From the NCBI GenBank assembly GCA_903813345.2, contig CAIIXF020000001.1:35464001-35528000 (forward strand): a stretch of DNA of 64,000 nt, given 5' to 3'. Made by a program: the position numbers and the translations under genes. Source of the stretch: Owenia fusiformis (lineage: Eukaryota). The notes beneath the pieces were generated by a model. The model ran no database searches and was not told the origin of the DNA. It saw only the letters and a program-made list of their open reading frames with translations. Shown in pieces: positions 1 to 12,300 of this stretch. Within the stretch, counting starts at the first letter, position 1, and every line of letters begins with the position of its first letter.

Positions 1-218
1 AATTTAAACTTCAGAGAGATTATATGTCATATGATTTGATCATTTTTGGTGGGAAATAATTTCACTAGACTTGTGTAATAAGAGAACAATAATGTGATTA
101 ATTTTCTGAGGATGTATGGAGGTCCTATAGAGGTCTCTGCTTGTGCTATCAGCGTGCATGCTAGATACATGGGAGGGACTTAGTGTGGTAATATGGGCAC
201 CGTGTTTGTTCACACCAG

Positions 219-325
219 GCTGAAATTCATCATCAGGCAATGAATGATCCCGCCTTGTCGGAGGAAAACGTGGGACTTCTCGGGGAAGATGGATTACGTG
301 CAGGGGGCCAAGCCCTCAGACTCGG
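219..325 (+). CDS. ATP6V0A1: V-ATPase a alternative exon A1 ([36 protein letters not shown]), with tandem acceptors before 219 and 237
   Basis: ccag|GCT at 218/219 and catcag|GCA at 236/237; donor GG|gtgag at 325. Phase 0 to 2, joins G TTT GTA at 2003. Confidence 0.88.
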
Positions 326-3300
326 GTGAGAATTTGATTATGGTTGAGAATGCACATACATGAAACAACATAATGCATCATTGGCCCCAATGGTCTAGAG
401 AGATAAGTGTATTTTTGTTTGTAGTGGGTCTCTGGGGTCTTTAGGTTTTACCTGTAAACCTATATTGGATGTTATGGGTCCTTTTGAATCTGTGTTATAT
501 TTCAACCAAGAACATGCCGTTAATTTTTTAGCCATTGCTTAGGATTCAGAAAGAAGCTTTCCAGGGTTTGGAGTCTCCTTGATTTGTTGAATGTTTTATA
601 TCTTAAAGTGCTGTTAATGAAAAGTATTGTTTTCTCTTTCCTTTGAGCCTGATGATCTAATTCAGTCCCTGCCTAATGTAGTGTCTAGTGCTATAGTAAC
701 TATAGTATAACACCTGTATTATTAAATAACTATAGTTATTTGATACTGTACATGATGGCACATCTCCTTTCTTCAGAGTGAGGGTCACTAACTAACAACA
801 ATAATGGGTAATAGGGAAGCACATAACATGCTATATGTTTTGTAATTATAGCACTGGTTGATTATCTGGGTAATATCATGTGGATTGTTCAACCAGTTTT
901 TGAGTTATTCTTAGCATTAACAGCTACCCAGTTTTGTAAGTGGAGGTTATGGGTTAGAGGTATATAAGTTATTTTATAAATATCATTATGTGGGCACCTA
1001 TCATTTGACAACCTGGTATTTCTGTATGGCTGCTGACATTCTACAGCATGGCACCTTCTGCATGTGAAATTTTCTTTTAAACTTGTATTCTCAACTTTAT
1101 CCATAATATCCAAGGATCTCCATGTCTTATTTACTTAAAAAGGACTTAGACTGAGGGAGCTTTGAGACCTGAAAAAGACAGAAGGCCACAGGCTATTTGA
1201 TATATTATGTTGTTTCTGTATTACTGTGTATAAACAGATTTTACTTTAAACATCAAACAGATCCTAATTTGTTGAACTAAATCTGAAATCTGCAACATGT
1301 TAGATGTTTAAAAGTAAAATGCTGTCTTTATGTAATATTTCATAGCGGAAAACTCTGGTTATTAACCCCTTGGTGACTGGAGGTACCATGATGTACCCCT
1401 GTTTCAAAGGGTTAACTAACTACTATATGTTAACAGAAAGAACAGAATGTTGCGGAGGAGGCTCAGCATGCATTTGAGAGTGACCGGTCTCAGATCATTG
1501 AACGACAACCCATGCAATTAGGGTAACACTGTCACTGAATTATGATTTCTTATTTGTTCTAAATGATCCATAATAATACAAACATTTAGAGATACACATT
1601 GATCACGAGCCATTCTATAGTATAATATTTGTTTTGGAATGCAGTTGTTTTGGAATCATCTGATATAAGTTCAAATGCAAGCTTATTATTTACCATACTT
1701 TTGTGACATTTAAGAGTCTTCCAGTTCAAAGACAGTGAAAGACTAATGAGATCATCCATCAACTTAAATTGAAGAGTGTCTTTTTTTCAAGTGCACTTTT
1801 TATTTGAGAAAATTTAATTTTAGGCATCACAATTATATCTTGCAAAAAATCATCTTCATGTATCGCTATTTCATTGATGATCTTTGTCACATAAAATTTT
1901 CTTTCAAAATAATTAAAAAAGCAGCTTTTTTAGAATAAAATGACTCTTGAATGTTACATTTTATAAAAATTTATTTGCTTATAGTTGTTGTTTTTCATTC
2001 AGGTTTGTAGCGGGTGTTATTCTACGTGAAAGGATTCCCGCATTTGAGAAGATGCTGTGGAGAGCGTGTAGAGGGAATGTTTTCCTTAAACAGGCAGAGA
2101 TTGAGACACCACTCGAGGATCCACTTACAGTAAGTGATTTATCACTTCTGATACCAATAAAGTATTTGATTACATCATTTAAAGGGTGTAAGCATTATAG
2201 TTTTTGATTAAGTTAAATAATGTCAGTGTTGGGAACTCTTTCATGCCATCAATTGTATTGAAATGTATAGATATTCTGAATGTTACTGTCTGGCTATTTA
2301 TGATCTACACCCTTTAAGACATATCATCGGATTTGAATACAATAATGAGTATTGATTGAATGTTGCATACAGATTATTCATGCTTTTATGTTGGTACTTT
2401 CTTCCTATTACGCTGGGTTTTTAAATTGTAGCTGTCCTGGAATTATTCTCATGTTTTGTATATATATTTTTTCTATTGTAGGGAGATCAGGTGAACAAAT
2501 CGGTGTTCATCATATTCTTCCAAGGAGACCAGTTGAAATCTCGTGTTAAAAAGATCTGTGAGGGGTTCCGTGCGACATTGTACCCTTGTCCAGAGACCCC
2601 CGCTGAGAGGCGAGAGATGGCCATAGGGGTCATGACCAGAATAGAAGATCTGAACACTGTAAGTAAAGTATTGAAAGATGGTTTCTTTAGTAGTTGATGA
2701 GGAAGGCCAAGTAGAATGAACCATTTCAACAAAGTTTTGCATATTGTTAACAGACACCTCCCTTCTTTTCATTACATAGCTCTACTTGACCCTGCTTGAA
2801 CTCACTTTAAAAGCATATTTTGTCAAACTTTATGCATAACTGTAAATGTGAGAATTTGAGAAAAATTAGAAAAAATCCTTGGGAGGTACTGAAGTTCTTT
2901 AATTCACATGATATTATCACATATGTCTTATTTACTTTATAATGTAGGTATTGGGCCAGACTCAAGATCACAGGCACCGTGTCTTAGTAGCTGCAGCCAA
3001 GAACATTAAAGTCTGGTTCATCAAGGTGAAGAAGATCAAGGCCATCTATCACACATTGAATATGTTCAACTTGGATGTAACACAGAAGTGTCTCATAGCT
3101 GAGTGTTGGTGCCCAGTGGCTGACCTAGATAAGATACAGTTGGCTTTAAGAAGGGGAACTGTAAGTCCAGTGATCTCCTCTTTGTTACCTGCAAAATGTT
3201 TTATTTGGTCATTCTTGCTCAAATTGTTAAGAAGTTGGATTTATCCAAACAATTGTACTATTGATTGATGAAGTGATTTTAGATCTTAATATGATCTGAG

Positions 3301-6300
3301 TAAAAAAGGTTTAGGCAACTGGGACAAGCATTCAATTACCTGGTACCAAGTGAGAAATGATTTGGACCCAGTTGAGTATTTGAAAAATTATGGAATATAG
3401 GAATATTTTCTGAATCAGAATTTTACACCCAGTTGAAATGTGAGATAAAAAAATCTCACAGATTAAGCTTGTGATTTCACTTCATATGTATGTTGTATAT
3501 CTATCTACAGGAACAAAGTGGAAGTAGTGTACCATCTATATTGAACCGTATGACCACAAGGCAGGAGCCACCGACATACAATCGAGTCAACAAGTTCACA
3601 ACAGCATTCCAGGGAATTGTTGATGCCTATGGGGTAGCTAACTATCGAGAAGTTAATCCAAGTGAGTCAAGATTCTTTGAAACAAAAGTCATACAGGAGT
3701 GATAACCCTCTAATGCTACATATTATGCTTTGTGTGCTTGATATTCTGAATATAGTGTACAAGTGGTGTTAACTGGAAGCGACTTTGTTCAGACTGGCTG
3801 AATATGCTCTTAAAAAATGTGACCCTACTGGCATATTTCTCATGATCATGAAATGAGCTATAAATACAACACCAGAGAAATGTATAACATGTGTAATGTT
3901 ACTCCCTATATGTTTTCCAGCCCCGTACACTGTCATAACCTTCCCATTCCTCTTTGCTGTCATGTTTGGAGATGCAGGACATGGGATCATCATGTTCCTC
4001 TTTGCTCTCTTCCTGGTGTTAAGGGAGAAACAACTAGCAGCTGCCAAGATAGATGATGAGGTACATACATTCATCATACAGTTTATCATACAGATGTGTT
4101 AACTGGAGAGTTTCATAGCAGGTGGAAACAGATCATCTTTTGTGGGATTCTGCAACTATTTCCATGCTGAAACTTGAATTTCCAATAATTTTGACTGTTG
4201 TTTTTATTTCTTTTACCTGTTGTGGCAAAGACACCTCTGTAACATATCAGGTCAGATTTCAGTCAGGTTAGTTCTAAATTTTAAGATATCAGTTCATTTC
4301 AAGCAAAAGTTGTTTATATTACTGTTGTCTTTCAGATATTTAAGATGTTATTTGGTGGCCGCTACATTATATTACTGATGGGAATATTCTCTATATACAC
4401 TGGTGTCATATACAACGATTGGTTCAGTAAATCCATCAACATATTCGGAAGTGCTTGGATTGCAGATATAAACAGATATACGTGAGTGTTATCATTATTG
4501 AATAGACAATTTTATCTCCAAGCATTGAAGCCAATGGGTTCCCGCACACAACTGAAATATATTAATTAAAAACTACCTAGTTCTGAAAACTGAACAGGTA
4601 AAATGCAGAGTCGATAAAAAATATCAGAAATCAGAAATATCTCTTTTTTCATACAGTTGAATCTTGGAAATCATAAGGCAATGTTCATATTAAGCATATG
4701 TTATTCATAGTACTAACATATGTACAGGGATTCAAGAATTAACATCTGTAATCTAAGGTGTGAGACTTGCCTCAGGAAAGCTGAAATGTTTACATCTTAT
4801 AATTTTTGAATAATGTGTACGCTTAATGTAAATCTTTAAGATTCTCTATGCATTGCTATTTTGTTTAATTCCAGTGCTAATGGTAGTTGTGGGGCGGGTT
4901 ATGCTGAGTGTGTTAATTTATCCAACACCAAAGATGTACAGCTGAATCCTGCAAATGCTTCAGAGTTTACTGGAAAAGTCTATCCATTTGGGGTTGATCC
5001 AGTAAGTATTATAAGTTATAACTACAGGCAGAGAGTCTTATATCAATTTTTTTATTGAATTTTGCTAATTCAGTGTTGCAATATACTAATTATTGTACTC
5101 AATAAAATAGCATTTGAATAGTGTTCCCTCACATTTTTGGGGGTTTATGGAAATGTGCATAAAAAGTCCAATTGATCCAAATATTGGAAGGCCCCATGTA
5201 AAGTTTGAAAATATTATTAAATCGTCCAAATATTTGTTATGATATTTTATATGTTTTATTCATTGATATTTTTCAAAAAGATTTAGTTAGAACTTTCAAA
5301 GAAAATTGAAAATTTAGAAACTTGAGTAAAATAGATGTACTGTTCTGTTTTAGATCTGGCAACTCTCCACAAACAAGATCACACTTCTGAACTCCTACAA
5401 GATGAAACTGTCTGTCATACTAGGTGTTGGCCAGATGTTGTTTGGGATCTTTCTTAGCTTCTTTAACCATAGGCATGTACAAAATGGTTCATCAATTTCA
5501 CACTCTTTTTATAGTTAAGAAGTACATAATACATAGTATTTTTTGTTGCACAGTTACACTGATAACATGGTAAAGACATATCCTAGACAATCAAAAATCT
5601 AGAGAATTTTATATATACGGCAGTTTTTTGCCTCGATTGGCTTATTTGCAACACCAGAACTGAATGATAGCATTTTTTTTTTTGAAATGCCTTGTTTATC
5701 ATACTGTTGTCAACTTGACAGTTGGTGGGTGACATTTCACTTTTTGAATTAAATATTTATAATTCAAATAAAATATAAAATTATAATTTTGCATTTGGTA
5801 TCCATATTCTAACATATAATGGTAATTGTATTTTTAGACACTTTAAGAAACCCATCAACATATTCTGCGAGTTCATCCCACACATTATCTTCCTGATGTG
5901 CATCTTTGGTTACTTGAATATCTTGATTCTATGGAAGTGGGCCACACCATATTATGTTCAGAACTCTGCTGCCGCCCCCAGTCTTCTCTTAGGTAAGAAT
6001 CTCCCTCTACATTTTACACCACACTTTGAAAAAGTGCTACATTGTCATTTTCTTGAGCTGATGGGTGGGTGCCACATAAATCAAATCTTGTTTATGAATA
6101 AGTGTGAGGAATGGAATTGGTAGAACACTGTATATGTAGTGCAGCTTTATGAAGAACAATTGTTTAATTATTTCATTTGTGTTTGTTTTAGGTTTGATAA
6201 ACATGTTCCTGTTCAAGTATGCAGATGAGAATGACACTAATGTCCCAGTTAGTTCCAAGCTATTTTATTCTGGCCAGGTATGTATTAATGTATAAGAATA

Positions 6301-9300
6301 TTGGATTGGATTATGTTGTATAAGAACATACATAATGTATTGGGGGGGGGGGGGGTTATTTTACAGGTCAGAGATACATTGTAGGCGAGTGGGACATGGG
6401 TTAAGTTTTATAGTGGAATGGTCTGGAGATTACATTGATTGATTACATTGGGCTAAAGTATAAACATTTGAATGACTTCTACTTTTCTAAGTTAATTCAA
6501 AGTGTCTATCTATTTGAGGTATATAATTCAACATCAGCAGCCATTAAATTAATACCAATCTTTCATTTTAAGTTAAGTATGAAATCTATTATTAAAGTTT
6601 GATTGTTGATTTCAGAAACCAATTCAGTTTATGCTAGTAGCCCTTGCTGCTATCTGTGTTCCATGGATCATGTTAGTAAAACCCTACATTCTCTACAAAC
6701 GGAACAAGAGCAAGACAGCCGTAAGCAGATCTGAATTTTTACATTATTTGAAAAATAAAACATTCAATGGCATACACATTCTAGCATCCTCTGTTCATGG
6801 AGGTCATAATATCTCGTAAAAATCAATATGATAGCATAAAGGGCAACATTAGAAATGACAAGTACCATACAAAATGTGTTCAATTTTTATATAGAATTAT
6901 TTGAATATGTTAAAGTCTGGTAATGTATGATGACAATGATTTAACAACTCTCTTGATTGTAAATTATAAGCCAAGCCCAAGTTGTATTCTTTTAAGCTGT
7001 CACCACTTAAATAATGAACCCTGAAGAAATTACACCACCACCAATAAGAGCATCATAATAATTCACTTCTTTCAAAAACATGAATTAAGATGGATGATTA
7101 CTTTTAGAGGTGGGTCAGGTGATATTATATAATAGGTAACTGCAGTTATTACCCGACTTATTTCTCAACCTGACCTTACCAATAACATGATCTTTCCCAA
7201 ATTGAGCCATCTCCACCCTTGAACTACCACTAGAGTTTATTGTCTATCTAAAGTGTGAATTACACTTAGCATGAGGCCACCTTACAGAAGCTAAATTGAT
7301 GCTTTTAGCGACGTGCATTGATGTCTGAAGCTAATGGTGCTACCCCTAATGACCAAGATGTCATACACCATCCTGAGCAAGTACACCAAGAAAACATTCC
7401 TGAGGAAGAGGTGAATACAATGCTTGCATCCCAACCTGACACCCCTTTTCTAGATAAAATGGCACCACCTTAGATAAAGTTATGTCACAAATATTGATAT
7501 GTCGGTCAAACGTATAGCATTTATATTGGATTTATTTTGCAGATTTGGGATGAATCAAAAAATTTTTCATTTAAAAATACAATTTTGAGACATAACTCTT
7601 ATTTTGGGTTGTTGCATATCAAGAAGGGATGTCTGGTTATATAATGTAGATAAATATGTAACTATATCGTTTATTTTCCCACAGCATCGTAATGCCTTGT
7701 CGGTGAACAGTGGGGATATAATTACTGATGGAGAAGTTGTACATAATGATATAGTGCAGTCACAGGAGGAAGAGCCAGAAGAAGAGGTGATGATATACCA
7801 CGCGGCATCCTAAATGGCTTTAATGAGTTGTTTCAAATGTTTTCAACTAAATTATATGCACTGGTATAATCCATTTCATTAACTGCTATACCACCACGCA
7901 TCCTTGTTTAACAAGGTTTTTTAATAGTTTTGGAAATGTATATTAAAAGGTGGTCTAAAATGATTTTCACACCTTTTTAGTTACGTTAGTGACACAACCT
8001 TTTAGCACCCATCCACTAAAACTGAATGGATTATGTGTATAATTTAGTGTTAGGCATATGAGACAGCACATAACACTGATTTGATTGGCTATTGTTTATG
8101 AGGGGACATTTCTTTGACATATTATGGTTCAAGTTGTCATTGGTGTGTTATTGCTCACGTGTGGACAGTGTTTCTTAGATTGACAGATTTAGGTTTCAAA
8201 GTGGCCATAGTTTGATTTTTTGGCAATGATTCTGACTTGTCCATTTGTATGTCAACGTTGCATATTGAAAATGTTTTGAAAAAATGTCAAAAACAATAGA
8301 ACCATATTTCTTTTCAAGAGATGGAGCCCTGTTTTAATAACACATCGATCTGGTATTCTATGGATATCTGATTGTTAGTACATTTTCATAATGCATAAAT
8401 CATACTTTATGTACAGTAAAACCTGTAAAGTGAAACACCTCTATGTAAGTGAAACACCTCCAAAAGTGGAACGATTTTCAAAGTCACGCCACCCAATCAT
8501 TTATTAGCCCTATTTACACTACACGCAACACTCCAAGACGTCTTGGCTAAAACGTTTTAGAAAAATTATGTTGAGTTTCAACCACCATTTTCAAGACGTA
8601 TTACGAAATATAATTGAGTTTACACCTATTTTTCTAAAATGTCTCTGAGATATGTAGGTATACATGTAAAATGAAAAAAGCAGTTCAGTACTGGTTGAAG
8701 GACGGTTCAGTCAATATAGCTATTCCTTTCCCGCTTCTATACTTTGTACCCGACTTTGTACTAAAGAATGCATCGGTTTCACAAAAATATGTCCCAAAGA
8801 TAGCATTGCTAAAAGCATGAAAGAGAGCAGGAAGATTGTGTGCATATATTAGTGTTATGATAGATCGCCAGGCAAATTGATTCTTCTCGATATTTTTGGG
8901 ATGATATTGGGAACAAGGGATAAGACAAAAGAAAGGACCATGCGATACATGTACATGTAAACAGATAGTTCAAATTTTTTGTTCGGTGCAACGCAAAAAA
9001 CGGGCTAAGAGTTCTTAACTAAAACCGATGGATTTACACTCGCTTGTAAAACGTTTTAATGATAAGACGTCTTGGCTATGACTAGGGTCCTAAAACGTTT
9101 TAGCTAAGCGCTCTTAACCGAGAGCTCTTGAGAAAATCTGGATTTACATTACATTTGTAAAACGTTTTAACACTAAAACGTTTTACCCAAGACGTCTTAG
9201 GGCTCTAGTGTTATTCCAACAATTGTTAAATGAACCTCTTTAAGTGGAGACCTCCCAAGTGGAACTCTTTAGAGGTGCCAAAGGTGTTCCTCCCATACAG

Positions 9301-12300
9301 GCTTTACTGTATATAAAATGGCATCTGATCATTTTTGTGACAAGTTATGTTAAGAACATTGTGCTGCAGTTTCTACATCTAGCAGGTATTCAGTTCTGTT
9401 GTCATAAAGTAGACTAGTTCTGAATATGGGTAGTTGGTGAGAATTTTGAATTCTTCAGAAGACCTGAATTCATTAAGTCACATTGATAGATGTATTGATG
9501 CTACTTTGAAGTTAAAACATATCTGCTTATCAAATCGATGTTTGATGTCTGCTGGCTTTAATAAATGCTAAAATGTGATGTTGATATGGCATTCTTTATG
9601 ATTCTGCATTTCATGGTTGAAGCCTTTTTAAAGATATCACAAAATTTCGCTCTTCTTCAGACTTCTTTGCAGTTGATATAAACATGTATTAGGATCTATC
9701 ACAAAACCAGCACGTGTGGAGCATGAATAATTTTTTTTAGATTGTTTAAGTTTTAGATTGTGTATATTTCACCTGATTTTGTGTTTATTGTATTAGAGAT
9801 GTATTTGTAGCTTGTAGGTGATTTATAGCTGGTCATAGAACTCACACATCCAGTGAACCTGTGTTAATTAGTTTATTATCCCATCGAACAAAGTTCGGAG
9901 GGATATAGGGAACGCGTTCGTCTGTCTGTCCGTTCATCCGTTTGGGCAGTAACTCAAATACCATTGGCCCGATTTTGTTCATATTTTGTATACCCTATGG
10001 GTGTAGAAGTTCTGCTCGAAAGCCGATTCTCAAAATGGCTGCTCATTTAAAAATGGCGGCCATTTTGGTGTTGATTTTACAGTAATTTAGGTGCAATATG
10101 TAAAACTGTAATAGCAATATGTTTTAAATGTAAAAAAATTATATAGGACATTAATAAAGCTAGAAATGTAGATATTAAAGAAGCACATGGCAGCCATCTT
10201 GAAAAATGGTGGCCATCTTGAAAAATGGCGGCCTTTACCTGTTATTTAACGATTTTTGCTGTAACTCGAAAAGTAATGTTGCGATTTTGTTCATATTTGG
10301 TATGTGAATACTGAATACCATAAGCATGGCACGCTGTCTAATGAAACTTTTGATAGAATGTGGCCATTTTTCAAAATGGCCACCATTTTAACTTATTTTA
10401 CTTTACCTCGAAAGGTAGTGGAGCGATTTTGTTCATATTTGGTATGTGATTACTATAAGCATGGCACACTGTCTAATGACACTTTTGGAAGAAGGCGACC
10501 ATTTTGAAAAATGGGGGCCATTTTAACGTATTTTACTATAACTCGAAAAGTAGTGGAGCGATTTTGTTCATATTTGGTATGTGAATACTATAAGCATGGC
10601 ACACTGTCTAATGACACTTTTGGTAGAAGGCAGCCATTTTGAAAAATGGCCACCATTTTAACGTATTTTACTATAACTCAAAAAGTAGTGGAGCGATTTT
10701 GTTCATATTTGGTATGTGAATACTATAAGCATGGCTACTTTTGGTAGAAGATGGCCATTTTGAAAAATGGCTGCCATTTTTGCTATATACCTTGTTTGTA
10801 AATATGCCAGTCATGGCTGTTCGATGGGATTTGCTACGCTTTGGTGTTGCTGTTGTCTAGTTGGTTCATATCTTCAAATTCAATACATAATAAGACAAAT
10901 GACAGTGTCAGAAATCTGTTTCAAGTTACAAAACATGGATAAACATAGACCTGTATCAGAGAATTCCTCTCTATTGAACCTTTATACAGTGAACATTTTT
11001 GTTTGGCAAAATCTTTTTCCCCATTGACTCAATTCTTAATAAAATTTATTAACCTGTGTATAGTGAGCATTTAATCAAATGTTCAAATTGAAACAGGTGT
11101 GACTAACAGGGTATGTAGGTTTTAATTGCCTTGTGTCAGGCTAACTGTTTAACACCTTGATCTGCTATTAGATTGTATTAAAATAATTTCTTGTGTTTAC
11201 CAATTACAAAACTTGAAGGTATTGAAATTGACCAAAGAAATAAGTCATTTGAATATTCCATTTCTTTAAACTTTTTAAAAACACATGTCTCCATATGCTA
11301 TTTGACAAAACAAGACAGGAAACACCATTAGTAGTGAACACCTACCTACAGTGAACATTTTTATCTGCAACAAATCGTCCCTTCACTATTATAAGGTTCT
11401 AACTACCAATATGGGTCAAATGCATGTGAAAGTGGATTCCTCCTAAATTCACCATGCTCTTTTCAAAAATCAAGGTTATAAATCTGTATCTCAATTAAAA
11501 ATAGGAGACTTCTAATGCAATAAGGTTCTATGTCCTTCATTTGAAAAATATGATTACTGCTATATGGAGATAAAACTTTTTAGCATTCAATGTCATGATT
11601 CAAATTGGAGATAAAACCTTTTTACATTTAATGACATAGTGTATACAGTGTGACACAGACAAAATGACACCCACCCACATAATGTTGCATAACTTTTTTA
11701 TCTGGATGATATCTGACTTGACCTTTTGCATAGTAAAACCTTACTCCATGGAGCAGCCCCACAGGATGCACCTTTATGAGTATTATAAGATGTGTCATCT
11801 ATTCCTTTGCAGGAGCGCCTGGATTTTACACAAAATGCCACCCTCCTTTTAAAGCAGAATTTTGTAAAAATGTTATCATGCCTTATCATGTTTGCTTTGG
11901 ATATATAAAAGGGTCACTCGTCGCAATATCATGGCTTGCTTCTTTAAAAATAGCTTTATCTCATTGAAAAGCCCTCTATTCCAGGGTAAGAAAAGGTTCT
12001 CCATCAATTAAACTCATTGTTGCGTTACAGACGCAAAAGGTTCTATTTCCAAAAGCATTTTTTAAAAAAGGTAGCCTTAAACATTGACATTTCTTGCCAT
12101 CCTGATCAGGAATGATTCATCTTGGCTATATAATGCATGAGCATTCTTGTCAAAATTCTACTTTACTGTATCACAAAGATAGAGGAACCTAAATGTTTGT
12201 TCTCCATTTTCTCAAATATGGTACATGAGGACATAGAATCTTTTAATACTAGATCGACGAAATGTTCACAATACCCAAGTTTTACTGTATGGTGTCAATT

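Noticed and set aside
10281..10770. Regular repeats as a CRISPR array
   Set aside because: Head-to-tail 135-bp units with no unique spacers, inside a eukaryotic HINE; no cas genes.
10304..11027. Similar short ORFs (MNT...HGTLSN) here and at 41669-41966 and 50307-50576 as a gene family
   Set aside because: All lie in copies of the same non-coding repeat with inconsistent frames.
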